Shown: positions 29,101 through 39,436 of the stretch, piece after piece
Layout of the letters: every line of letters starts with the position of its first letter
Numbering within the stretch: the stretch's first letter is position 1
NCBI GenBank assembly: GCA_965199495.1
Contig: CBDASK010000003.1
Span: 832,001 to 896,000, forward strand
From: Abditibacterium sp.
GTDB lineage: Bacteria > Armatimonadota > Abditibacteriia > Abditibacteriales > Abditibacteriaceae
Reading direction: 5' to 3'
DNA length: 64,000 nucleotides
Made by a program: the position numbers and the translations under genes
Notes under the pieces: generated by a model
Seen by the model: only the letters and a program-made list of their open reading frames with translations
Database searches by the model: none
Told to the model about the DNA's origin: nothing

Positions 29101-30972
29101 ATGGCACTTTCCACCCCTCCCTCCAAGCACACGCAGCGCATGCTGCAACTGCTGGTCTCGAAGAACAAGATTTCCAAAGAGCAAGCCCTGCAAATTTGGA
29201 ACGATTCACAAGGCGACTCGGCACAGGCCGAACAGATCGCGGGCGAAATGAAAGTGCCCGAAGTGGATGTCGTTTCCGCCAAAGCCGAAGCGATGGGCGT
29301 TCCTTTCGTTGATCTGCATAAGACCAAACCTTCGGAAGAATCCAAAGATTTGGTGGATGCCGAAATGCAAGACCGCCTCAAAGCCGTCCCGCTTTATCAG
29401 GAAGGCGACACGTTAGTTGTGGCGATGGATGACCCCAAAAACTTCCACGCCATCGAAGATTTGCGTATTAAAACCGGACGCAAAATCCGCGGCGTTTTGG
29501 CGCCGCCTTCGCAGTTGCTGGCGTTTCGCAATGGCACCAACGGTTTCGCGGCCAAACCCGTTAACAACGACGGCGAAAAAGAAGCGCCCGAAGTCAATCT
29601 CGATGACAATGGCGATTGGGCTGGCAACGACGCGAGCATTGACGAAATGCTCGAAGGTTTGAAGCCCGTCCAAAAGATAGCCAACCTCGACGCAAAAAAT
29701 AGCAACAAAAATAAGCGCACGGCGGAAGATACCGACCGCGATGACAATGACGTCGCTGAACTCGATCCCAGTTCCATCGCGGGCGATAAAGAGGCGGGCG
29801 AAGAAGCGCCCATCATTCGCATCGTCAACACGATTTTGCTTTACGCCATTAAAGAAGGCGCTTCGGATATTCATATCGAGCCGCAATCCAAAGGCGTGCG
29901 CGTGCGCTACCGCATTGACGGCGTGTTGCACGAGCAGATGAAAATTCCGCAATACGTCTTGAACCCGCTCATTTCGCGCGTGAAAATCATGTCGGAGATG
30001 AACATCGCCGAACGCCGCATCCCGCAAGACGGTCGCATCAAAATCACCATGCAGGGGAAGGAATTCGACATGCGCGTCAACACCTGTCCGTCGGTCTTTG
30101 GCGAAAAGATCGTTATGCGTATTCTGGATAAATCTTCGGTTATGTTGGGTTTGGATAAAATCGGACTTTACGAAGATATGCAGGCGATGTTGCTCGATAT
30201 TGCCCTCCAACCCAACGGCATGCTGATTGTGTGCGGCCCGACCGGTTCGGGCAAAACCACGACGCTTTATTCGCTTTTGAACGTGGTTTCGACGATTGAG
30301 AAAAACGTCTCGACCGTCGAAGACCCGGTTGAGTATCAGTTGCCCGGCCTGACGCAGGTGCAGGTCAACCGCAAAGCCGGTTTGACATTCGCGACGGCAT
30401 TGCGCGCGTTCTTGCGCCAAGACCCCGACGTGATTATGGTTGGAGAAATCCGCGACCTTGAAACCGCCGAAATCGCGGTTCAGGCGTCGCTAACCGGTCA
30501 CCTTGTGTTATCTACGATTCACACTAACGATGCGCCTTCGAGCGCGACGCGTTTGGGCGACATGGGCGTCGAACCGTTCTTGATTTCGGCTTCGATGTCG
30601 GGCGCGTTGGCTCAACGATTGGCGCGACAGATTTGCAAAAGCTGCAAGGAAGAATATGAGCCACCGCGCGAGACTCTTTTGCGCTTTGGTTTCGACCCGC
30701 TCAAACATCCCGATCAGAAGTTCTACCGTGGGCGTGGCTGCGATGTCTGCAAGCAAACCGGCTACAAAGGCCGCACCGGCATTTACGAGTTGATGCAAAT
30801 CAATGAAGAGTTGCAGGAACTTATCGTGCGCCGCGCACCTGTGACTGAAGTTAAAGAAGCGGCACGCGCCAATGGCATGATGACGTTGCAGGAAGATGGC
30901 TTCCGCAAATGTAAAGATGGTCACACGACCGTGGAAGAAGTCATGCGCGTTGTGTTCACGGGCGGGCATTAA
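29101..30972 (+). CDS. pilB: Type IV pilus extension ATPase (PilB/GspE family)
   Basis: ASDIHIEP, RIPQDGR, GPTGSGKTTT, LRQDPDVIMVGEIRD, HTNDA, CxxC...CxxC. Confidence 0.96.
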   Translation: MALSTPPSKHTQRMLQLLVSKNKISKEQALQIWNDSQGDSAQAEQIAGEMKVPEVDVVSAKAEAMGVPFVDLHKTKPSEESKDLVDAEMQDRLKAVPLYQEGDTLVVAMDDPKNFHAIEDLRIKTGRKIRGVLAPPSQLLAFRNGTNGFAAKPVNNDGEKEAPEVNLDDNGDWAGNDASIDEMLEGLKPVQKIANLDAKNSNKNKRTAEDTDRDDNDVAELDPSSIAGDKEAGEEAPIIRIVNTILLYAIKEGASDIHIEPQSKGVRVRYRIDGVLHEQMKIPQYVLNPLISRVKIMSEMNIAERRIPQDGRIKITMQGKEFDMRVNTCPSVFGEKIVMRILDKSSVMLGLDKIGLYEDMQAMLLDIALQPNGMLIVCGPTGSGKTTTLYSLLNVVSTIEKNVSTVEDPVEYQLPGLTQVQVNRKAGLTFATALRAFLRQDPDVIMVGEIRDLETAEIAVQASLTGHLVLSTIHTNDAPSSATRLGDMGVEPFLISASMSGALAQRLARQICKSCKEEYEPPRETLLRFGFDPLKHPDQKFYRGRGCDVCKQTGYKGRTGIYELMQINEELQELIVRRAPVTEVKEAARANGMMTLQEDGFRKCKDGHTTVEEVMRVVFTGGH

Positions 30973-31058
30973 AGGCAAGGATAAAGGCTGAGTGTAAAGG
31001 ATAAAAATGGGGAGTAGAAATTTTTATCCTTCCATTCTTTTTAATTTAGAGGTGACGA

Positions 31059-31592
31059 ATGACCAGCAAAATTCTAAAAGCCCTGTCCTTGCGAATTGCC
31101 GATTCGGCGAGCATCGAACTGTTGTTAAACGACGGGGGCGGCGAAGAACGGCAGCCACCGCCGCGCAAATTTGTTGTTTCCGATGAGCGCCACCCGGCGC
31201 ATCATTCGCCTGAGCAGTCGCCCGCGCAAACGTTGGCGGTTTGGACGGGACAGGAACCGGGCGAACGCATCGCCAACACGATTCTGTTGTGCGCGATCCG
31301 GGATCGGGCGTGGCAAGTCACTCTCGAACCCGAAGCCGCCGGAGTTAAAGTGCGCTTTCAAATCGAGAGCGGCGTGCGCGAGCAAAAGTTGCCAGCCTTC
31401 GCCCTCGCGCCGATTGTTCGTCATTTTAAAGCTCTGACGAGCGCTCGACAAGCGCCGCCGGAAAACGAAAATTTCGAGTTGTCGGGCGCCGTCTATATCG
31501 CCGTTGACGAACAGTTTTACGAAGTCCAGTTTTCTCCCTTCGCCAACCAATGGGGCAAAGGCGTCGAAGTGCGGCTTTCGCCGCAAAAATAG
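31059..31592 (+). CDS. Stand-alone PilB/GspE N2-domain-like protein lacking the ATPase domain
   Basis: IANTILLCAIRDRAWQVTLEP...VKVRF aligns to PilB IVNTILLYAIKEGASDIHIEP...VRVRY. Confidence 0.7.
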   Translation: MTSKILKALSLRIADSASIELLLNDGGGEERQPPPRKFVVSDERHPAHHSPEQSPAQTLAVWTGQEPGERIANTILLCAIRDRAWQVTLEPEAAGVKVRFQIESGVREQKLPAFALAPIVRHFKALTSARQAPPENENFELSGAVYIAVDEQFYEVQFSPFANQWGKGVEVRLSPQK

Positions 31593-31762
31593 AGTTGAGG
31601 TTGCGTCAAGCAATTTTTGTCAATCGCTTCGGCTGGATGCGCGTCCTCCAATTGTCTTTTTAATTTTGGTATTTAATCAAGGGATACCGTTGTTCCGAGG
31701 CTCTAATCCGCCGCAAATCCACTATTTAACTCGCATTCGTGCGGTTTAAACATTTTCTTCTC

Positions 31763-33049
31763 ATGGCTCAAGCACCCACCCAAATTGGTCGTCCCCCCGC
31801 TGCTGGCGGCGCGACACCCGCGCGTCCTCTGGCTCCCAGCACGAATGGACTGCGTCCGCGTCCGCCGATGCAGCAAGAGATGCCCGGCAACTATCAAAAT
31901 GGCACCGAAGAACCCGTCGCCGCGCCCGTCGAACCGGTCGAACTTTATGAGTTGGATGAAGTTCACCTCGACGAACTTTTGCAGCACGTCATTGATTCCA
32001 AAGGTTCGGACTTGCATATCGCGGTTGGCAAGCCACCGTGTGTGCGCGTTCATGGCATCGTCGAAGAGATTTCGGCTTACGAAAAATTGCGCGCGCCCGT
32101 TTTGCAACGCATGGTCTACGATGTCTTGTCGGACGAGCAAATTCAGCGTTTTGAAAACGATTTGGAACTCGACTTCGCTTATACCACCGCCGATGGAGCC
32201 GCCCGTTTCCGCGTCAACATTTACAAGGACAAAGGTTATCTGGCGGCGGCGATGCGCATTATCCCGACCAAAATTCCCGATCCCGAAGATTTGAATTTGC
32301 CTGCGGTCATCATGGAATTGGCGAACCGCCCGCGCGGACTGTTCTTGGTGACGGGGCCAACCGGTTCGGGCAAATCCACGACGCTGGCGGCGGTTATTAA
32401 TCGTATCAACAAGACTCACAAAGGTCACATCATCACCATCGAAGACCCCATCGAGTTCATTCACCCGCATCACAAATGCGTGGTCAACCAACGCGAAGTG
32501 GGAACCGATACGCGCTCGTTTAAGAACGCGTTGCGCGCCGCGATGCGCGAAGACCCGGATGTCATTCTGGTCGGCGAAATGCGTGACAACGAAACGATTC
32601 ACCTGGCGATTACGGCGGCTGAAACCGGTCACCTTGTGTTGGGAACGCTGCACACCAACTCCGCCGCCGAATCGGTTGACCGCATGGTCGGCGTTTTTCC
32701 GGCGGAACAGCAGGAACAGGTTCGCACCCAGTTGTCGAACTCCTTGGTCGCCATCGTGACTCAGCAGTTGCTGCCCAAAGTCGGCGGTGGCCGCGTCGGC
32801 GCCATCGAAATCATGATCGCCAACTCGGCGATTCGCAACCTGATTCGCGAAGCCAAAGCGCACCAGATGGCCTCGATTATTCAGACGCAAAACGGCATCG
32901 GCATGCAGACGATGGATCAGGCGCTGCGCGATTTGGTACTCAATAACCAGATCAGCTACGAAGATGCGATGTCTCGCTCGCATAACGCCGCCGAATTGGA
33001 GAACATGATCAATGGCGGCATGAACAACGCCCATGCGCCCGCGCGTTAA
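31763..33049 (+). CDS. pilT: Type IV pilus retraction ATPase
   Basis: GPTGSGKSTT, REDPDVILVGEMRD, GTLHTNS, AIRNLIRE motif. Confidence 0.97.
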   Translation: MAQAPTQIGRPPAAGGATPARPLAPSTNGLRPRPPMQQEMPGNYQNGTEEPVAAPVEPVELYELDEVHLDELLQHVIDSKGSDLHIAVGKPPCVRVHGIVEEISAYEKLRAPVLQRMVYDVLSDEQIQRFENDLELDFAYTTADGAARFRVNIYKDKGYLAAAMRIIPTKIPDPEDLNLPAVIMELANRPRGLFLVTGPTGSGKSTTLAAVINRINKTHKGHIITIEDPIEFIHPHHKCVVNQREVGTDTRSFKNALRAAMREDPDVILVGEMRDNETIHLAITAAETGHLVLGTLHTNSAAESVDRMVGVFPAEQQEQVRTQLSNSLVAIVTQQLLPKVGGGRVGAIEIMIANSAIRNLIREAKAHQMASIIQTQNGIGMQTMDQALRDLVLNNQISYEDAMSRSHNAAELENMINGGMNNAHAPAR

Positions 33050-33055
33050 ACCGGC

Positions 33056-33095
33056 CACGCGGATGAAAAGCGATTTTTCGCTTTTCATCCGCGTG
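33056..33095. terminator. Strong hairpin after pilT (terminator or stabiliser)
   Basis: cacgcggatgaaaagcga/tcgcttttcatccgcgtg. Confidence 0.6.
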
Positions 33096-33205
33096 ACATC
33101 ATCGTTTATTTGTGAGATAATTTCACTCTGCGTTTGAGCGAACCAATAGGTTTGTTATACGTCTAAGGAACTGCGGCTTTCGCCGCACAAGGAGAAACTC
33201 AAGCC

Positions 33206-34423
33206 ATGCCGGTATTTGCTTACATTGCCAAAGACACTGGTGGAAAAATCCACCGTGGGCGCGTTGATGCCCCCAACGAGAAGATGCTGACCAAACGTCT
33301 TGCGGAACAGGGCTTTTTGGTGCAGACCGTCACCGCTGAGGGTCAGAAGAAGAAATTCAATCCGCTCAAGGCGATGCAAAAAGTCAAGCCGGTGCAGATT
33401 TCGATTTTCTGTCGCCAGTTCTCGACGATGATTAACGCGGGCGTTTCGCTGGTGCGTTGTTTATCCGTTTTGGAAAAGCAGTCCACCAACCCGAAGTTGA
33501 GGGAAATCATCCGCGACGTGCAAAACCGCGTCGAAGCGGGCGAAACCCTATCGCGGGCGATGGCGCATTATCCGGCGGTCTTTTCCAAGTTGACGCTCGG
33601 TTTGGTGCGCGCGGGCGAAGTCGGCGGTGTTTTGGACGAAACCCTCGAACGTTTGGCAGGGTTTATGGAAGCCGACATCCGTTTGCGCCAGAAGATTAAA
33701 GCGGCTTTGACTTATCCGGTTTTGGTGGCTGTCGTCGCGTTTTTGATCGTGACGTTTTTGGTGACCTTCATCGTGCCGAAGTTCATCGAAATCTTCAAAG
33801 ATTTCAAGGTTGAGATGCCCGCGATGACGCAGTTCCTCATCAACATCTCGAAATTTACGACCAGTCCCAACGGCATTTTCATTCTGGTTGGTGGCAGCGT
33901 CGGCTTTGTTATCGCGTTTAAGAAGTTCAAGAGTACCGTGTGGGGCAAGCGTATCTACGACAAATATAAGATGAAGTTGCCGGTATTTGGCAAGTTGTCG
34001 CACAATATCGCCGTCGAACGCTTCTGCCGCACCTTGTCCACGCTTTTGACGAGTGGCGTGCCGATTTTGCAGGCGATGGAAACCGTTTCGGGCGCCATTG
34101 ACAACGAGACCTTTACCGACGTTATCATGAACGCGCGCGCCCGTATTCGCGAGGGCGACCCGATTGGAGAGCCGTTGGAAAAATCCAATTTGTTCCCGCC
34201 GATGGTCGTGCAGATGATCGCGATTGGCGAAGAGACCGGTTCGCTCGACCAGATGTTGGGTAAAGTCGCTGACTTTTACGAAGTCGAAATCGAAACCCAA
34301 CTCGAACAGTTGGCGGCGGCCATCGAGCCTTTGATGATCGTTGGCTTGGGCTTGGTCGTGGGCTTTATCGTTATCGCGATGTTCATGCCGATGATCGCGA
34401 TTATGAGTAGCCTGTCGGAGTAA
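33206..34423 (+). CDS. pilC: Type IV pilus platform protein (PilC/GspF)
   Basis: FCRQFSTMINAGV, AGE.GG.L, ALTYP, IGEETG.LD.ML, IEP. Confidence 0.96.
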   Translation: MPVFAYIAKDTGGKIHRGRVDAPNEKMLTKRLAEQGFLVQTVTAEGQKKKFNPLKAMQKVKPVQISIFCRQFSTMINAGVSLVRCLSVLEKQSTNPKLREIIRDVQNRVEAGETLSRAMAHYPAVFSKLTLGLVRAGEVGGVLDETLERLAGFMEADIRLRQKIKAALTYPVLVAVVAFLIVTFLVTFIVPKFIEIFKDFKVEMPAMTQFLINISKFTTSPNGIFILVGGSVGFVIAFKKFKSTVWGKRIYDKYKMKLPVFGKLSHNIAVERFCRTLSTLLTSGVPILQAMETVSGAIDNETFTDVIMNARARIREGDPIGEPLEKSNLFPPMVVQMIAIGEETGSLDQMLGKVADFYEVEIETQLEQLAAAIEPLMIVGLGLVVGFIVIAMFMPMIAIMSSLSE

Positions 34424-34439
34424 GGGAATTGGATAGCAC

Positions 34440-34472
34440 AAAAGGGCAGGAGCTTCGAGCTTCTGCCCTTTT
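34440..34472 (+). terminator. Intrinsic terminator after pilC
   Basis: aaaagggcaggagc-ttcga-gcttctgcccttttc. Confidence 0.7.
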
Positions 34473-34517
34473 CTTTATCTGGCAAACCAAACATCTTTCA
34501 AACTCTAAATCCCATCA

Positions 34518-35519
34518 ATGATTTTTCTGCTTCTGTTTGTTTTGGGCACGCTCGTCGGATCGTTTCTCAACGTGTGCATCTGGCGGCTACCGCGCGGCGA
34601 AAGCGTGGTCGCACCGCCTTCGCACTGCCCGACTTGCAACACGCGATTGACTTTGCTCGATTTGTTTCCCCTCGTTTCGCAGCTTTATCTGCGCGGCAAA
34701 TGCCGCTACTGCGGCGCGAAATTTAGCTGGCGTTATGCGGGCATCGAGTTTACGACCGGAGTTTTATTCGCCCTCGTCGCGATTCAGGCGGGCAACGTGA
34801 GCGATTTCACTTTCTTCGCGTCGTGGACGGGCGATACCGTCCATTTGCTGCGCGATTTAATTTTCATGTCCACGCTTACCGTCGTGTTCTGGGTGGATTA
34901 CGATACGCGCTTGATCCAACTCGAATCGGTGTTGTTGATGGGATTGGCGGGATTGAGCTACGAAGGTTATCGCGCGTGGCAAAGCGCCGATGCGACGACG
35001 ATTTTAACGGACGGTAAAATCATTGCGAGTTTACTTCCCGCTCCGGTTCCCGAATCTATCTTGGCGGCGGTTGTGACGGCGGGCGGACTATGGTTGCTGC
35101 GCGAGGCGTTCACCCGATTGTATGGGCGCGAGGCGATGGGACTGGGCGACGTTTTGTTGGTGGCGGCGATTGCGCCTTATTTGGGTTGGAGCGCGCTGAT
35201 CGTCACGTTTTTGTTTTTGGCTTCGGTGCTGGGCGCGCTGATTGGAACGGCGTTTCAAATTCCGCGCGCGCTGCGGGCTTATCGTTGGGCCAAAAATCGG
35301 CAGAGGCGTTATGGCGGCGATGATTGGTCAAAACCGTTGCTACGCCGGTCGTTGCGGGCGGCGATGCCGTTTGGGCCGATGCTCGCCATTGGCGCCGTGG
35401 CTGCATTGCTGTTTGGGCCGCAAATTAATCAGGCTTACTGGAATTTGGTGATGCCAGAACCAGCCACGCCGCTCACGCTAATGAGCCACTGCCGCGAGTT
35501 GGTCGCGGGTTTGCTTTGA
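34518..35519 (+). CDS. pilD: Prepilin peptidase
   Basis: GSFLNVCIWRLP, SHCPTC, GKCRYC, AMGLGD, PFGP. Confidence 0.95.
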   Translation: MIFLLLFVLGTLVGSFLNVCIWRLPRGESVVAPPSHCPTCNTRLTLLDLFPLVSQLYLRGKCRYCGAKFSWRYAGIEFTTGVLFALVAIQAGNVSDFTFFASWTGDTVHLLRDLIFMSTLTVVFWVDYDTRLIQLESVLLMGLAGLSYEGYRAWQSADATTILTDGKIIASLLPAPVPESILAAVVTAGGLWLLREAFTRLYGREAMGLGDVLLVAAIAPYLGWSALIVTFLFLASVLGALIGTAFQIPRALRAYRWAKNRQRRYGGDDWSKPLLRRSLRAAMPFGPMLAIGAVAALLFGPQINQAYWNLVMPEPATPLTLMSHCRELVAGLL

Positions 35520-35670
35520 TAACTACACGATTTGCCGCGCCCGCACAGTTGAAGCGCAAAGGAAACGAGGTAAACTATGCGGCGTCTGTAATAAGTATTA
35601 CGCCACGAATGGTTCACGCTTGATTTGTGGCAAAAGTCGGTTATTCACTCAATTGAAACGGAGCTTGTCC

Positions 35671-36546
35671 ATGAAAAAAACTGCAACACCGCGCCACGGC
35701 GCCTTCACTCTGGTCGAGATGTTGGTCGTCATCGCCATTATCGGCATTTTGGCGGCGATTCTCTTCCCGGCTCTTTCGCGCGCGCAAGAGAGCGCTCGCC
35801 AGACCAACTGCGCCTCCAATCTCAACCAGATTTACACCGCAGTCAGCCTGTATAAACAAGACACGCGCCACTATCCCGATTCGCTGGTTGACCTGTTGCC
35901 CGAAGGCGTCAAAATTGACGACGGCACCGCGATTCCCCCCGCCGCACCCGTCGAAGTGGAGATTGTCAAAGGCACGGGATACCTCAAGGGTGGCCTCGAC
36001 TCCTTGCGTTGTCCAGACGATGATCTGGATGTCACGCATTCGTCCTATGGAGCTTTAACCAAGAAAGTTGACACACCGGATGCCACGAAATTGACGGCGA
36101 TGCCGGGACGCTACGTTTTCAACTATTATGGTTACCGAAAAGACGGATTCGCGTTAGCCGGGCCAACAGAAGTCGCCGCCGAAGCGGGCACACAGACCGG
36201 GACTCCCGCCAGTTACGCGCTTTTGGTTAATCCAACGCAACCCTATAATGCGGCGTATCCCTTGCAAAATCCGGTGAAATATTCGCTTTCCAATCGTTTC
36301 GCGCCGTCTTCAACGATCATCACGCACTGCGTTTATCATCGGCCCAGCACAGCCAACGATTTGAAGTTGTCAACCGATTTGTATCAGACACCCACGCCGA
36401 TTGCGGGCGATGGCACTGGCGCGCGCGACATCATTTTGCGCGCGGATGGAACCGTCAAAGCGACGGATGTTTCGGCTCCGTTGTGGAATGTGGGAGATAC
36501 AACTATCACCCCGAACAAGCTGCCGTTGTGGCAACTTCAACAATAG
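35671..36546 (+). CDS. Prepilin-type protein, DUF1559-like
   Basis: A|FTLVEMLVVIAIIGILAAILFP..RA.E.AR...C.SNL.QI; CPDD; DGTVK. Confidence 0.88.
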   Translation: MKKTATPRHGAFTLVEMLVVIAIIGILAAILFPALSRAQESARQTNCASNLNQIYTAVSLYKQDTRHYPDSLVDLLPEGVKIDDGTAIPPAAPVEVEIVKGTGYLKGGLDSLRCPDDDLDVTHSSYGALTKKVDTPDATKLTAMPGRYVFNYYGYRKDGFALAGPTEVAAEAGTQTGTPASYALLVNPTQPYNAAYPLQNPVKYSLSNRFAPSSTIITHCVYHRPSTANDLKLSTDLYQTPTPIAGDGTGARDIILRADGTVKATDVSAPLWNVGDTTITPNKLPLWQLQQ

Positions 36547-36591
36547 AGCCACCGCGTCTTCCAACCCTTTCATTTCCAACCTCCCACTCGC

Positions 36592-38448
36592 ATGAATTCA
36601 ATGCAATCCCGTTCTTCCCGTCAAGGCTTTAGCCTGATCGAAGTGGCCATCGCTATGGTGATTTTTCTCATCGGAGCGCTCGCCATTATCAAGATTTTTC
36701 CGGGCGCATTGAACGTCATCGGCAACAACGGCGATCAACAGATCGCCATGAACCTCAACCGCGATGTGGGAGCGCGGTTAAAAACCGATGGCTCTGTGCC
36801 TGACGCGACTTTTAATATCGCGGTTAACAACGACGGCACCTTGCACTGGACGACAGAGAATAACACAGACCACACGGCGGATTATACCGCTCCAGCAACT
36901 CCACCAACTCCAACCACTATCGGTAACGAAGGTGATATTCCGGCATCAGTTCTCGGAATTCCCCGCTTCAACTTTTCATTGCCGACAACCAACGATATTG
37001 AGACTCAATCCAGCAATTCCGCGCTTTCGCGTTTTCGCGGCATCCTTGGCGAAAAATCCAAAGTTTTCAAGATCGGCACTGACTCATACGCAGAAACAGA
37101 GTTTCCGATTTCCATTCAAGATGTCGGCGGAACTCCCACACCTCTGCCTCCGACGATTAGCCAAGAATATATCGTTCGTAACGCGCGCATAGACAAACAA
37201 GGCCGAGTGTCCTTCAAGGATGCGACAGCAGACATCGCGGGGCAGCAAGTTCGTCTGGATGATCCGGCGAATGCTCCCAGAGACGGTTTAAACGACAAGT
37301 CCATGCTTTATATTAGCTATCGCTACTTTGGCAATAGCGGCAAGATTTGGGGCGTGAGTGAGGAAGCCGTTCCAGTGGGAGCGATAACTTTGACGGATAC
37401 GGCAACAAACGTTTCTGTGAATCCGCCAACCACAACGCGCGGCGCCATCGTTGGTTACGATATAAACAGTCCAAATACGACGGGCACAGTAACGGAAGTT
37501 ATCAGTGTGCGCGTCAAAAGACTTGTTGGGCCGGGAGTATTTCCGGGCACTGATGACATATCAAGAGCCACCGCCGCGCGTTGCGGTTTGATTCTGTTGC
37601 CCTCGACTATCACTACGGATACCGTCTCCATTGACTACGCGGCGGATTGGTCGTGGCTGTTGCAGAGAGCCACGTTGTCACTCACGCCCGATGAGGCACG
37701 CCCAGTCATAACCGATTACTCTTATCGACAGCTCGCGCTCGGCGCGCCCTTTATTGAAGATCAAGTTCCTTACGGCGTTTATTCAATTTTGCAAGATCCA
37801 AACGATACGGCGAATCCGCTTTACGCATCGCAATTTGGAACAAGCAAAACCAATCCAGACCCGATGGCTAATAACAGCGGTTTGATGACTCCGATAGAAA
37901 GTGAACTGCGGTCGGGTAAGCTCACTTTCTCGGTGAAAAACCCACCTGTTCCTCCTATTGCGGACACGGAACCAAAAGCGCGCGTGGCTTATAAAACGCG
38001 CGATAGTTGGGCGCAACAACTCTCGGTGGCTGCTAATTCTTACAAGCCGTTTGTTGAAGCGACCACGACCTTCACCCCTGCTGAACCTTGGCGCGATTAT
38101 TATTTGGGCGACGACAATTACATCTACTTCTACGCGAGTGAAGCGGGCAAAACAGTGAATGTTTCTTATACATTAGCGACGCCAACGGGCGACAAACCCA
38201 TCGTGGAACGGCCATTTGTGATTGACCAGCAAATTATTGATACGCCCTCAGGCGTTTCCACCTCATTTACTGATTCAAAGAAAGTCTCACGCGCGCAGTT
38301 GACGAACTTTGCTGGTAGCTTTCTTACGACGGCTGAGTTGGTTTCGATTCAAGCCGTCCAAGGCAACAGCGTGACGATGCGCACGGCTTATATCAACGGC
38401 AATAAATATGCGCAGACTTTGCTGACCAGCAATCGAGGAACGAACTAA
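36592..38448 (+). CDS. Large PilV-like minor pilin
   Basis: G|FSLIEVAIAMVIF class III signal peptide. Confidence 0.8.
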   Translation: MNSMQSRSSRQGFSLIEVAIAMVIFLIGALAIIKIFPGALNVIGNNGDQQIAMNLNRDVGARLKTDGSVPDATFNIAVNNDGTLHWTTENNTDHTADYTAPATPPTPTTIGNEGDIPASVLGIPRFNFSLPTTNDIETQSSNSALSRFRGILGEKSKVFKIGTDSYAETEFPISIQDVGGTPTPLPPTISQEYIVRNARIDKQGRVSFKDATADIAGQQVRLDDPANAPRDGLNDKSMLYISYRYFGNSGKIWGVSEEAVPVGAITLTDTATNVSVNPPTTTRGAIVGYDINSPNTTGTVTEVISVRVKRLVGPGVFPGTDDISRATAARCGLILLPSTITTDTVSIDYAADWSWLLQRATLSLTPDEARPVITDYSYRQLALGAPFIEDQVPYGVYSILQDPNDTANPLYASQFGTSKTNPDPMANNSGLMTPIESELRSGKLTFSVKNPPVPPIADTEPKARVAYKTRDSWAQQLSVAANSYKPFVEATTTFTPAEPWRDYYLGDDNYIYFYASEAGKTVNVSYTLATPTGDKPIVERPFVIDQQIIDTPSGVSTSFTDSKKVSRAQLTNFAGSFLTTAELVSIQAVQGNSVTMRTAYINGNKYAQTLLTSNRGTN

Positions 38449-39398
38449 TGAACCACCACAATTCACGCGCTCGCAAGGGCGGCTTTACACTCATCGAAAT
38501 CATCGTGGTGCTCATTATCGTCACAATAATTTCTTCGATTATTTTTTCGGCGTTCAAATCTATTCGCGAAGGTAATAAAAAGACTTCGTGTCAGGGCAAT
38601 ATGGCGCAGATTTATCAGGCGCTCCGGCTTTACGGACAAGATTATAACGGCGAATTCCCTTCGTATAATCCGGTCAAACCCGATGGGACGGGAATGGTAG
38701 AAGACCGCGCGCCTGCGGGTTTAGGTTTGTGGGCGCTCTATGCGTATCCGGCCTCGAAGGAATTGGATTGCGATGGTCGCACAACGCAGTTGCCGACGAC
38801 GGAACCTGCAGCGGATAGCGTCAACAAAACGCCGCCATTAGCTTCTTATGTGCGGTCGCCCAAGATATTCCATTGTCCCTTCGATGATTACGATCATCCA
38901 GCCACGCCGAGCGCGGGCTGTAACATGGATGCCACGGCAAAGCTTAATTCGAGTCAGATGACGTTCACCGACAAAGCGAATTTGGTGCGTTTCAATCCGT
39001 ATTACAATTCCTATCAGACCGCCGATGACGTGCCGACAGGTGCAAGCGCGCTTGACAGAGCAACTTACTCGTCTTTCCGCACAGCGGATTCCAGTCGCCA
39101 GTTGGTCTATTACAAACAGCAAGTCACTCCGTCGGGTATTAATCCGCAACGGCGCACGCCCGACACCACAATTTTGTTCTGGTGCCGCTTTCATCGCAGA
39201 CTTGACACAACTGGCTCCACGAAGGATCCGAATAATCTTTCTAACTCCGACAACGTGTTGTTTATGGATGGCACGGTGCAATATCTGCCGACTCGGCAAG
39301 ACATCGGCACCAGCACTGGCGCCAACGCCTGTCAGGCATGGACGAGAGCGCCGCTTGAAACCGTGGGAAGCATTCCGAGTTGTCCCAATGGAAGCTAA
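38448..39398 (+). CDS. Prepilin-type protein, DUF1559/H-X9-DG-CTERM-like
   Basis: G|FTLIEIIVV, C..N..QIY.AL..Y, FHCP.D, NVLFMDGTV. Confidence 0.85.
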   Translation: MNHHNSRARKGGFTLIEIIVVLIIVTIISSIIFSAFKSIREGNKKTSCQGNMAQIYQALRLYGQDYNGEFPSYNPVKPDGTGMVEDRAPAGLGLWALYAYPASKELDCDGRTTQLPTTEPAADSVNKTPPLASYVRSPKIFHCPFDDYDHPATPSAGCNMDATAKLNSSQMTFTDKANLVRFNPYYNSYQTADDVPTGASALDRATYSSFRTADSSRQLVYYKQQVTPSGINPQRRTPDTTILFWCRFHRRLDTTGSTKDPNNLSNSDNVLFMDGTVQYLPTRQDIGTSTGANACQAWTRAPLETVGSIPSCPNGS

Positions 39399-39436
39399 TT
39401 CGACATCCGATATTTTATTTACGACCCCGCAACATC

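Noticed and set aside
29119..29300. Canonical MshEN c-di-GMP-binding motif in PilB
   Set aside because: The RLGxxL repeats are degenerate (RMLQLL; second copy absent)
30975..31045. AAGGATAAA repeats after pilB
   Set aside because: Short and degenerate; cannot distinguish a repeat remnant from a weak terminator
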